Assembly (NCBI GenBank): GCA_051294905.1
Contig: CM119371.1
Location: 38,690,001 to 38,754,000 of the forward strand
Direction: 5' to 3'
Source: Botryllus schlosseri
Taxonomy: Eukaryota
Length of the DNA stretch: 64,000 bases
The translations under genes were made by a program, and so were the position numbers. Below the pieces are notes generated by a model. That model saw only the letters and a list, made by a program, of their open reading frames with translations, made no database searches and had not been told where the DNA came from. Shown here one piece after another: positions 1-11,100 of the stretch. Positions within the stretch are counted from its first letter, which is position 1; each line of letters opens with the position of its first letter.

Positions 1-18
1 CCGTTCGAGGGCGACTCA

Positions 19-230
19 TTTCGCTGCAGACAATCAGTTGTGTTCGCGTGTATCGTAACATATCCTCAACACTTGTTATGCCAACACCTCCACGTATATT
101 TACAATATCATACTAAGGAACTATTGCTTCGGCAGCCACGCACTGTCGCTCGAAGTCGATAAATTTCGCTACAGACAGTCAGTTGTGTTCACGTATGTGT
201 CGTCAATATATCCTCAACACATGTTATGCC
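19..230. repeat. Imperfect tandem duplication, period ~144 bp
   Basis: TTTCGCT.CAGACA.TCAGTTGTGTTC...ATATCCTCAACAC.TGTTATGCCA at about 19-81 and 163-231. Confidence 0.6.
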
Positions 231-1002
231 ATATTTGCAGCATCATACCACGGATAGATTAATTTGGGCGGAGTGTTACCGTCAGAGAATTGCTTTGTCA
301 CACCTTCGAGCCTCGCATTTTCCGTTCGAACTCGGTAACTGTGAGTACGATGTCAGATTCAGTTGTATAGTGACGAATCGGGATAGCTCGCTTCATCGGG
401 GTGGACTTACCTTATTTTGCTGAAACGCGCTCGGTGGTGCAATAATGGGGGATGAATTGTGTCAGATCATACTCGGGTTGCCAATTCAAAGTCCAAAAAA
501 TCCGGCTAGCACGTAAAGTCCTGTTATTTTCACATGTTGTGAGGGCAAAATACAGATAAATCCGACTCTCAAGGCCATTTGGCCGCATCCAGTCTGGCTT
601 CGCTGAAAACTGATGAAATCTGCGCCGGGTCCGGAGATGTTTCGTGACCTCCTCCGTCCAGACAAGATTGTTATGCTGTAATATAGGTGTCGTTGTATAA
701 TAATTTACGTACAAGGAGACTTGGTATCGCCCCTTTGGCGGAATTCTGTTTGATTCGTCTGTACAGGTGTTATTAGTGCGACCAGATTTGGCACCTCAAG
801 GAGGATATTGGTAAAAACCGTATCACACAACGAGGACAATAACTTTACCGGTCAACAATGTACGTAAATCAGCTGTGTTCAATCGAGCGTGACACAATCG
901 ATGTCAGCCATCAATCTGCGTCTTGATAAAACTCGCGTTTTCGGGTTGACAGCAACACAATGCGATCCATTTGATATCACCATCGACCCTCCTATTTTAA
1001 TA

Positions 1003-1570
1003 TAGGGTTACCATGAGGCCTCCTTTAGGGGAGCATATGTCCTCCATTTCCCAGATATGTCACCCAATTCACCTAAATGTACTCTCTTTCTGTCAGTTTG
1101 TCCTCCTTGTTAGCTCAACATCTCCAAATCTTTGTTTGTTTATTATAAATTGCGAATGGGCGTCGATCGCACATTACTCATACTACTGCTAATTCATAGG
1201 ATTACCATACGTCCTTTTTGAAATGTCCTCCGAGGAAGCCTAAACGACATCCTTCTTATCAAGTCGTCCTCCGTTACAGCTTTTACTGTTAAGATAGTGG
1301 ATAGATTCGAGTGAAAAGGGGCGTAAATGACGCTAAATAGGAAATTCGTGGTTCGATCGGAAATTACGACCTTTTTTCCGTCAACACCACCAATTTAAAA
1401 AAAAAGTGTATAAATTTGGATTCGGACGAAAGTGAAGACCTATGTTTGGTCAATCTACCAAATCTTTCACCAGAATTACCGAAATCAGCTGATTTCAGTT
1501 TTTATCAACCGACTTTTCCGATCTGGTAAAAGTGTCCCCCATTTCCAGATCTTAAAATATGGTAGCCCTA
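1003..1570. mobile_element. Older related MITE(s) with TAGGGTTACCAT / ATGGTAGCCCTA termini
   Basis: Two left ends (1003, 1197) and one right end (1570), GTCCT subterminal repeats; no clean TSD. Confidence 0.55.
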
Positions 1571-3434
1571 CCATATCATATCATCAAAACAGCAACATGT
1601 GGATCAAGAGTTCCGAGTTCCCGACCCCTGACATATAGTGTCAAACGTATAAGCAGATTGTCGATTCTCACAGCCAAGATAACGATACATTTATCTTTCG
1701 TAAATTTGTTTTTTCGTTCTGGACAGGAGCTAGAATCGCAGATATCGCGCCGAGTGCATATTCTTGTTGACCTCATTTGTAAGATGTTTGTAAATTTATC
1801 ATCAGCAATGGCATGACAGCATATAGGTTATTTGCATCACTTGCGCGATTGGGTATGCTTTCAGACGACACTTCAATAATCGCATCACAGGGTTTTATGC
1901 AAACCTATACTCAATTTGGTTCTGTGGATTTCGTAAAGTAAAAAGACCGGTAGGTGGGCAATCTTCATTTCTTTTATGATTCAAATTGTCATAATAAATG
2001 AACAAGATATACCATTATGACGATGGTCAAATATGTTATCGAATACGCCATCCATTCGTGGTCGCATTACGCATTTTGTAATTTCAAAAGTAGACACTCA
2101 ACACTAACTGCTTAAATATTGCTATCAATCGACCAAATTAATATTTGAAATTAACTCTTTGGTCGTTTCCTGACCACCATATTCTACTTTCTCCCGCTGA
2201 TCAAGCTCGACACAAATTTTCGCAACCCAATATTTACGGATTCGAAAAAGAGGACATATATATGCGGGAAATTTATTCAATTGACCCTAATCGCTCACGA
2301 CTTCTCTAAATATGGTCATTTTTTCCCGAGTAGGTGCTCAGAAAACCGGTTTCCGCGTCTACTTTCTATGGACGTGACCTTTTATTAGTCACCTTTCGCG
2401 TCATATGCAGAATAAGCCGTCTTCACGCGCACTTTTGGTCGTGCCATTTAAATTTACCGCAATTTATCTTGCATAATGAGCAAAATTTTACTATTTTTTG
2501 TCCTAAAATTACACCTTTCTCAATGTTTATTGTCAATCGCGCATCACAGTATGTGTCCTGCCCAATAATTCGTATTGTCAGTGTTGGGCGCTTCCAATCA
2601 TCCAGAAGCGTGATGCCAATTAGCGGGATTCTGCGCAGCACGCAATCTTCTGCTCTGCTGAGTTGATTTTCTATTTGTACTGGAGCTAAATTAGAATATT
2701 GATAGGGCTGGGTGAAATCGAAGACCTGAGTGATTCGATTCTGAATTACGTATTACGCTTCGAGTCGAGTATTCGAGTGTCACTCATTATGACGTCACAA
2801 CGGAATGTACTATGTCAAAGTTCAATTAAATACTTTTCATGCCCCCAAGAAGAACATAATGCCTGTTATCTGTCACATTAAAGATACTTTGATATTTTTT
2901 CGATCATACTCATTAAATTGCACTCGACGATGGTGTGGGGTGATGGTTAGGGCAAGTTATTGTTGTAGTTAAATCCGTGGAAAGTTGCATTTATTATTCA
3001 CAAAAGTTGCAGTAAAGTTGCATTTATTTTTTCACAAAAGTTTCACTAAAAAAAAGGTCAACTTCCCACTTCAAATCCCGAAATACAGTCAACTTTCCGG
3101 CTCAGCTCCCGAAAAGCGTTGCTTCAGTGCGGATTTACAGGCAAATATGGCAGTGCATTTCACCAAAATTCTCAGAAAACAATGACATAATCAAGCGATC
3201 CAATTTACATATACTGCCAAATATTTTCAGTAAAAAGTTGGTTACATGAAAAATCGAAAAAACTTTCATGATTCCTTCAAACAGCCTAAAACAGCATTCT
3301 ACAAAACTTCCGAGTAACAAGGAAGCTACTCGAAGCTGGAATAAAAGTTGCAAAAGTTCCGAAAACTTGCCCACAGGGATCATGGCTTCTGAAATATGGT
3401 ATTTCCAGTAAAGTTTGTTAGTAAATTAACTTTC

Positions 3435-3759
3435 GAAGAGCTTCTTGGAGGTACAGAACTTCAATATACAATTAAATAGTATATTCATATTGGAATGAAC
3501 CCGAATATTTTCGGCTGACACTCGTCAGGGGTAATCGTCAGCAACTAGTAGAGAATTGGAAAGAACATTGTATATCAACAATCGTATCACAAAATATGAC
3601 GTCACCAGCTTGAAATTTCGAGTGAGAGAGCGTTCAATGTACTATTTTTAGGTGGTACACGAACTCATTTTGTTGACAGAGTTTTGGTTGGTGTATTTTG
3701 ATAAAAGTTGATTCCAAGGCACACAAATGGAATTGTGAACGGCCTCGCCCTACGACTCG
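3435..3759 (-). mobile_element. 3' fragment of a second Penelope-like family (EN C-terminus + hammerhead)
   Basis: Minus translation RVVGRGRSQFHLCALESTFIKIHQPKLCQQNEFVYHLKIVH* resembles the PLE GIY-YIG C-terminus. 12-bp TSD AAATTAACTTTC at 3423-3434 and 3760-3771. Confidence 0.8.
3499..3542 (-). ncRNA. Hammerhead ribozyme motif (family 2), intact
   Basis: GCUGACG-AUU-ACCC-CUGACGA-G(UGUCAGC)C-GAA-AAUAUU-C^GGGU. Confidence 0.75.
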
Positions 3760-4114
3760 AAATTAACTTTCAGTTACCAGGAGCTCACACTACCGAGTGT
3801 AGTGTGCAGCTTGGTAAAATAGTCTTATTGCTCTAGGCGGAAACTACCAGTGGTTCCGAAATTTGTCCTCCCTTAGCTTAGTTTGGTGTTTTTTTGCCTT
3901 AATACCGACTGAATTATAGTCCAAGGCTACATGCACGATACTAAAGAACGGGCTCACCCTTGACTCCAGTAATCAAATATTTAGTGCATCGAATCTTCTT
4001 GGAACTTCAGTCGTCGGCCCTCACATTTCCTTCTTTTTTGTCATGCCTGCCGGTTCATCATTTATGGCTGATGATGACTGGCCATCGCGAGTCTTGTTTT
4101 ACGAACTAGAGATT

Positions 4115-4247
4115 GTTCGAATTCTCTACTAGTAGCTGACGATTACCCCTGACGAGTGTCAGCCGAAAATATTCGGGTTCATTTCGATATGAATATATAC
4201 TATTCAATTGTATGTTGAAGTTCTGTACCTACAAGAAGCTGTTCGAT
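4115..4247 (+). mobile_element. Short 3' fragment of Penelope-like family 2
   Basis: Matches the reverse complement of 3435-3557. Flanked by a 9-bp direct repeat CTAGAGATT (4106-4114, 4248-4256). Confidence 0.75.
4135..4178 (+). ncRNA. Hammerhead ribozyme motif (family 2), intact
   Basis: Same 44-nt motif: stem I ACCC/GGGT, core CTGACGA...GAAA, palindromic AATATT stem III, UUC cleavage triplet. Confidence 0.75.
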
Positions 4248-6637
4248 CTAGAGATTTGAATACGTATCATGTAACAATTTGAAGCACTTCGCGTGTAAAT
4301 GTGACAATGGCAATAAGGAAGGTTTGTATTGACTTTTTGTGACTATAATTGTTACACTTTCGTTACATGGGTACAGGATTTTTTTCAGAATCTACATGCG
4401 ATTTTCAGGGTGCATAATATACACAGGGGCGTAATATAAATGGAAAATCAAAGTATCTCACATAACAGTCTAACATTTTCTACCCCTCGCCCCCCATTCA
4501 CCCATTCGGTATTTTCGCCCACTTGTTTCTCAAAAACGTTAATTGCGGGGCGATATACCGCATATTGGGAACCACTGATCTAGATGATTGGATGATCGGA
4601 ATGGTTGTTATTGGAAATTTATATTTTACAATTACCTAAAGCTGACCGATTCTTGACCATTTCGCCGTGATTTAGGGGTAGGTATCTTTCTCATTGACAC
4701 CTGAATAGTATTTCGTGCACGTGGATTCGACGATGCTCACAGCTTTCGTGCAGAATTTCGTTCATGGATAAAAACAACTCGTATCATAATGGTTGGTACT
4801 TGAGTACTGCAATATGGTTTATGAACCACTGCATATTGTGCACATAAAGCCACACTTGAAAAAAGATGTACGCCTTATCATTATGCGATATCGGCGTTCG
4901 TAATCAAATTAACCACACTCTCAATTCACACAGATAAAATAACGATGCAGTAATCTTTAGAATATTTAATTATCATTTGTTCGGGAAAGGAGCTCAAATT
5001 GTAGATATCGCACTGACTGTATATTCCCATTGACGTCATTTTATAAGATGTGTGTAAATTTCCACTCACCAATGGAATGATAGCATATGGTCTATTTGCA
5101 TTAATTGGGTAATGGATTATGCTTTTAGATCACACTTCTGTCATCGCATCACAGTGTTTTATGCTCACCTACTCGGTTTTACCCCGATATGGGCAATGTT
5201 AATCGATCTTATAAATGATATTTCCATGATATAGCGGAATAGACCATGTATTACGGTCGCCAAATATATTATGGAATATTGCATCCATTTGTGTTGTCAT
5301 TACTTGTTTTGCGTTAGAAGCGAAAGTGCATATTGCAATTTTAAAAGCAGACACCTCACAGTAACGGCTCGTAGGATACAATCCATCGACCGATTCATTA
5401 TTGAAATAAACTCTTGGGTAGTTTCCAGACCACCTTATTCTACTTTTTCACACAGATTTGAGATATATATATACTTGTTATTGATTAGTATAATTGATGC
5501 TGTTACTTCTGCATCTAATTGAGTATCAACATTGGCATAAACATGCTAAATAAGCTCGAAAATTGTTGAACTATTCAGGATTATGTTTATACTCGGATAC
5601 TATGTCGATCTAGATGCGCCACGCAAATAAATAACAATAAACATAATGCGAAACATTCGTCGGAAATGGTTGTTGATTGGAAAGGTAGGCCCATATTTTA
5701 CAGTGAATTACCGCTAGTGAATTGATGGCCGTTTCGACGAAATCTCAAGGTTCGAATTTCTCATGCACAAATAAACAGTACTTCGTAAATCAGAGTTCGA
5801 TACTGCCTAGAACATTGATTTCCGACCTGTTTCGACTCATCTCCCCCTTCTCCATCAAGCTCAACAACAATTTCCACCCTCTCTCATATTTACGGATCTT
5901 AAAAAAGACCTATAAACGGGACATTTATTCACCTAACTCTTAAAAAGGTAACCTTTCCTAGAAAGCGGTTTTCACGTATACTTTCCGTTGGGTTGACCAT
6001 TTTCACAGCAAACTATCCAGTCAAATGCAGAATGAGCCGGCTTCGCGTGCATTTAAACATGTTAATTAAAGATATCCAATTCGACGTTTTAACATTTCCA
6101 CCCTCCCCCACCCAGTCGTCCCCTTTGATATTTCCCATCATTGTCTTTCAAAATTGCCCTGTGGAACCACTGCCGTAGAGCCTTCGTGCAGAATTTCATT
6201 CGGGGATATAGAAAAAATCATATTACAATGACTGATTCCCGATGAGTTTGGTTCCTTTGGATATTGCAGTTATTTAAATTCATTTGCAAACGGCTGCATG
6301 CTTTCAGCATTTTGCACAAAAGGCGTTTGTCATCAGATGAACCACATTTTTGATACCCGTAGCTGAGATAACGAGTCAGCTATTTTTCGATACTATGTTT
6401 ATTCTGGTAGGACAGGAGCTAGAACTACTGAGATCGGGGTATGTATTATTACCACTGACGTTATCTGCTAAATGTTTGTATTTCATCTCAAAGCAGTTAC
6501 CCCCTTACGCCACCATTCAGATGATTGAATGATTAAACCGGTTATATCGTTTGACGCGAATAGTTGAACAAATCATCATTGGGCCCAGCAGGAGAGGTCA
6601 AAGTGGTCATTTCGAGTAGCCAGTGCTCATTACAGAC

Positions 6638-7129
6638 TAGCGCCGGACAAAATGTAAGTACTCGAGTGATTCGATTCGATTTGAGTCGAGTCATCGAGTA
6701 TTTATCGTTATGACGTCATAACAGAATGTAATATGTCAAAGTTCAAAGGTGTACCGTTATGCACCACAAAGAATACAATGAGTGTTATAAATAAATGATA
6801 CTTTGGTATTTTTCGACCATACGGATTTCATTCTACTTGGTGAGAATGTTGCGGGATAATCATGACTTCAGAAATGTGCTACGTCCAGTAACCCCCGAAG
6901 CTCTGTCGCCTGCCAGATGTTTTGTATTCTTCGATGCCAGCAATCAAGATTTCAAGGCATCAACAGTGAATTAGTATCAAAACTATAATTTTCGTTTATA
7001 AATTAACTTTCAGAGTATAATTTCAGTACTCAAACAATAGTATTTTTTACTCTACTCAAATAAATATTTTCTAAAAATTCCTTAAAACTCGATTTAGATT
7101 CGATACTCGAATCATAGTGCCCACCCCTA
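6638..7129. mobile_element. hAT MITE (TCGA-rich); a paralogous interrupted copy begins at 2703
   Basis: TSD TTACAGAC / TTACTGAC; the internal sequence matches 2703-3434. Confidence 0.7.
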
Positions 7130-7199
7130 TTACTGACCCCAAATATTATTCTATGTTGCATTTTCAAGACTTTTGTTCCAGACTCCCTGTTATTTTCGA

Positions 7200-8100
7200 T
7201 TCGAGAAGACGTGGCACTGGGCGTACAGAGACACCTTCAGCCTTTGAACGGAGCTGCGGCTTGTCGCTAGGCGCCTCGGTACACGATGGCTCGTGACCGA
7301 AGACGGGCTCTATCAGCAGATGGCACTGCTAGGCTCCAACTGCTGTCATAAACTGACTCACATTACCAAGTTCTTTATTCATACGGCGAATCAACGTTGG
7401 AAGACACGGTCGCTGGAGTTACTAGACCAGGGCAAACAGTGGTTTATCACAGCCGGTACGGATCATCGAATCGCTTCCTCCAGTCTGCCAACGGGTTGAC
7501 GGCAGTCGAGCGCAACTGGATGCCTGAGACTCGGCGGAATATTTCTTTGCTACGGTCGATCAGGGGTCGGTTTAAAAAACGTGTTGAGCCAAGTGTCGTC
7601 TGCTGCCTGTTCCGACAGCATACTGGGACCAGTCCAACGTGCTGAAACACTGCCTGTCAGTGGTGGGTAGCATCACCGACAGTGTAACGCGACATTTGGG
7701 GTGCTTCTGGACAGTATACCAAGTATCCTTCTTTGTTTTCCAGGTTCGATCTAGACCGCGTTTGTGGGGAGCACGACGTCATTCTAGGGGATATAAGCCT
7801 TGTTTTTGTCGTAGATGTGGTGTGCCCCTTCGAGAATGGAGGAGCCAGCATGGAAGCCACCGTTGCGATGAAACACACGAAGCACCAGGACCTCATGTTA
7901 CTCCCTGCGTCTTTCTACTGCCAATACCGTGGAGATGCACACGTTGGCGGTCGGTTCCCTGAGGAGTTACCATCCAAGGAAAATGGCCACCTAAAGGGCT
8001 CTGGGTGTTCCTCTCTTCGAGTCCAGGCTGGTCTCCGAGTGAGTCGTAGTCGCTTCTCGGCGCAGCTCACATCATGTTTGAAAGGCTTGGTGTAGTTTCC
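7200..8100 (+). mobile_element. 3' fragment of a restriction-like endonuclease (RLE) non-LTR retrotransposon (R2/NeSL/Utopia-type), decayed
   Basis: GC-richer island. Across frameshifts: RW....LLDQGK, RAQLD, CCLFRQHT.T.SNVLKHC (zinc-knuckle remnant), TRH, VVDVVCPFENG..SMEA...K..K.QDL, VEMHTLAVGSLRSYHP....*RALGV. This is the motif order of the RLE C-terminus. Confidence 0.75.
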
Positions 8101-11100
8101 GGGACGACGAGAAGAATTGACCCCTTCTTTTTCATCCAATGCTTAATCTCCTGTATTCTCATTCATGCCATTTTTTGCGATTTTTTTGCACTTACCGTAT
8201 TCGTGACGTCATGGCTTAAAAAACAAAAAAAAAAAAAAAAATGAAAACATGTTTTTAACAAGCGCCTTGTTTTAAAACATGTTTGCTTTAAATTGATTTT
8301 TTTTAAAATGAAACCCTAATTTATAGTAATGGGCATTTAGGTTCCACTCAATACCGTGCAGCGACTCACCAAAAGACGTATGCAGTTTCGACCAACATGC
8401 GACTTCACGAATTGTGCTACTAAAGAAAGACATTGGCCGAAACTTTGGATATGTGACCATTGTCAATAGCCGCGCTGGGTGGACGTGGCGAATAGTCCGG
8501 TCTTTCCAATCTGATGAAAATGGATTTCCACCCGGGTTCCGAAAGAGCATAAAAGACATGACAATTTGTGTGTGCATCTCACGGAAGTTTTTCTTTTAGT
8601 CTGCTACGTTCGGGAAACAACAATTTTTTTGATTTTATAACAGACCGGAGGTCACGAATTAACAACATACACTAAAGTAATTATAGCAGGATACCAGACG
8701 TTATAATTATATATTACGTGCCCCCAACTCTACAGGTATATACGAACATCGGGGGCAGATAAAGGAATAAAATTTTTAATAATAATAATAAAAATTGATT
8801 ACCAATATTATTGAAGAAATTCAGTCTTCAGCTTGAAAATATCACCCTATGGGGGCCAAATACCAGCGTTTGGACTGGGGGGGGGGGCGAATTGCTGTTT
8901 TGGTCTTGACTCTAGCTACAACCCATGCTAACATGATATATAAGCCTATATGGATATAGCGGCAGGTCCCGATGTTGAGTAAAATATTGTGAATTGACAA
9001 TTGTTGCCCGTTTCAAGTAGAGTCATATGAGAATAAGATGAAGACAACATAAAGTTTTGCCTTCAACTTAATACAGATAACTGCTAGCGGCCGTTACGAG
9101 AAACGGCAAAAACGACTCGGTTATGATATATATCAACAGCTGTCGATTTTCAATGCTTCGTTGTCGAAACCGTAACGTTATATTTGACGAGTGCAAAATT
9201 TGAAATCATTTTCAGGTGTATATACGTAATACATAGGCCTACTGCTTGCCAAGCAGCAACGGTCAAACAGCGTTTAACTAAGCATAACCAAACATCAATA
9301 CACATTACACAAGTTACTATTTCAAACTAGGCAGAGTGGTGATTAATTATCCTGCTGCGAGGTACTGGCGTGTGAAACGCTCTGATAACCTAATATACAG
9401 CAAGGTGGTTGTTATTACAATCAGACTAATGTACGTACATCGAATATCTATTTGCTGTGGATACTTCTTACGCAATGACTTTATAGCAAAGCTAAATAGG
9501 CTATGCTTCTGACGTCATAATGAGCAATGGCATCTGGAAATCAGACGTTTGTGCTATCACGAGCCTGGTATAATACATCTTCTTTGTTCACGAATGTACA
9601 GTTTATGTCATAGTCCTTGTACAAATAAAAAGTAATCGTTCTTTCAGAAAGAAATCGATGAGATATGGGAAGTAATCGATCACGATTACGATTATTTTTA
9701 ATTTTTTCGAATGTAATCGATTGCGATTACGATTACTCGAAAATGCTGTAATCGTCGTAATCGATTACGATTACTAATCGCGATTACCCTATGTCTGCTC
9801 CCTTGCACATTCCAATTACATTCCAATTACAATTATTCAATGCAAAAAATATTGAATTACAATTTCAATTACAATTACTGTTAAGCATGTACCTGATTCG
9901 GTAGAGAGGTGTTCTTTGACAACCGTAGCGACGTAATTAGCAACAATCTCAAGCTATTCAGTAGTCATGTATCATTTTTGATACGTAGAGTACACTTTAA
10001 TTAAAAAAAACTCAAACGTATTCAAACTATTCCCAACCATGAGTACTGAAAACTACAAACACAGAAAATGTTTCAAGCGACTGTTAACAACCAAAAGTTT
10101 GAGCTACTAACAATGAATAGGCTACAGGACAGTCAATGAAATGTAATTGGTAAGACGTCCGCGATAACGATGATAACGATAACGTGTAAAATTAGAATAA
10201 ATTCAAAAGGAAAGAACCTCCTGATCACAATTTATTTTTGCAATCGTTGCAGCAAGCCTCGGTACTGGTCAGAGATTTAAAAATACAACTCTGACCGTGG
10301 TGTAGGAAATAGTTCAGCACAGGTTTCAGATGAGTTCATTTGCTGTTCATTCTTTTTTGATATAGTTAGATTTAGTCTATCCCACTGGTTCTCTAACTTT
10401 TTTAGACACGCCCCCCTTTATGATAGTCAAATATTCCGTGCCCCCTTATCGTCATATAACACAATGAAACCAGCATTTTAGCAATCCTTACAGATAGTTT
10501 GATGGTATGGAAGGTTGTGACTGCTGATGAGAGAATTCTCCAATATCAAATTCGGACTATACGCAGAGCAATAACTACGAAATGAAGGTGAATCGCACCA
10601 AGCACGGAAAAATATCAGTTTACCGGACCTTCGCGTCCCCCTTCAGATCATTTCACGCCGCCGAAGAGGGGCACACCCCCAGTTTGAGAACTACTGATTT
10701 AGTCAATATTGTAATTCTGGAAGTTTTCTGTTGCTACTGAAGTATGGGAAACAGTTTAGCATGGTTGAATTATCTAGTTATAACGCGGCATGCATAGAAC
10801 ACCGATGTGAATAGGCAAATTATTTTATGTTGGGTAGTCAGGTTTCAATAACAATGTAATTGAAATTGTAATTTGGCAAAATGTTCATTAAATTACAATT
10901 ACAATTACACACAATAGAAATGCTCCAATTACAATTACAAGTATATGGAAAATGCATTAATTACATTCAGATCAATTAAAAATTACAATTGATCCAACTC
11001 TGCAGTGCACAGATCAGATGCCTTATCCGTCCAATTCAAATTGCCAGTTACACGTTTATGTCTCATGCTTGTACTATACGAGATTACATCGGGGCATTTC

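Larger units (their letters stand above)
1660..6620 (+). repeat. Unclassified modular repeat (A-B-C-A-B-C-A'), interrupted by TEs
   Basis: Module A (TTCTCAC..AAGATAACGAT..GGACAGGAGCTAGAA..CATCGCATCACAG) at about 1660, 4920 and 6350; intervening B and C modules repeat. Confidence 0.65.

Noticed and set aside
600..760. DEICAG and QGDLVSPL plus-strand peptides suggesting a third protease paralog
   Set aside because: Stops follow immediately, there is no GWG motif or matching splice sites, and the similarity is at chance level.
3435..4247. A single inverted-repeat element spanning both hammerhead copies
   Set aside because: Each copy has its own flanking direct repeat, so two independent insertions are more likely.
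8500..8558. Hammerhead-like CTGATGA...GAAA on the plus strand
   Set aside because: Stem I (GTCTTT/AAAGAC) is offset from the core by 5 nt, extra bases precede stem II, and stem III is neither paired nor palindromic.
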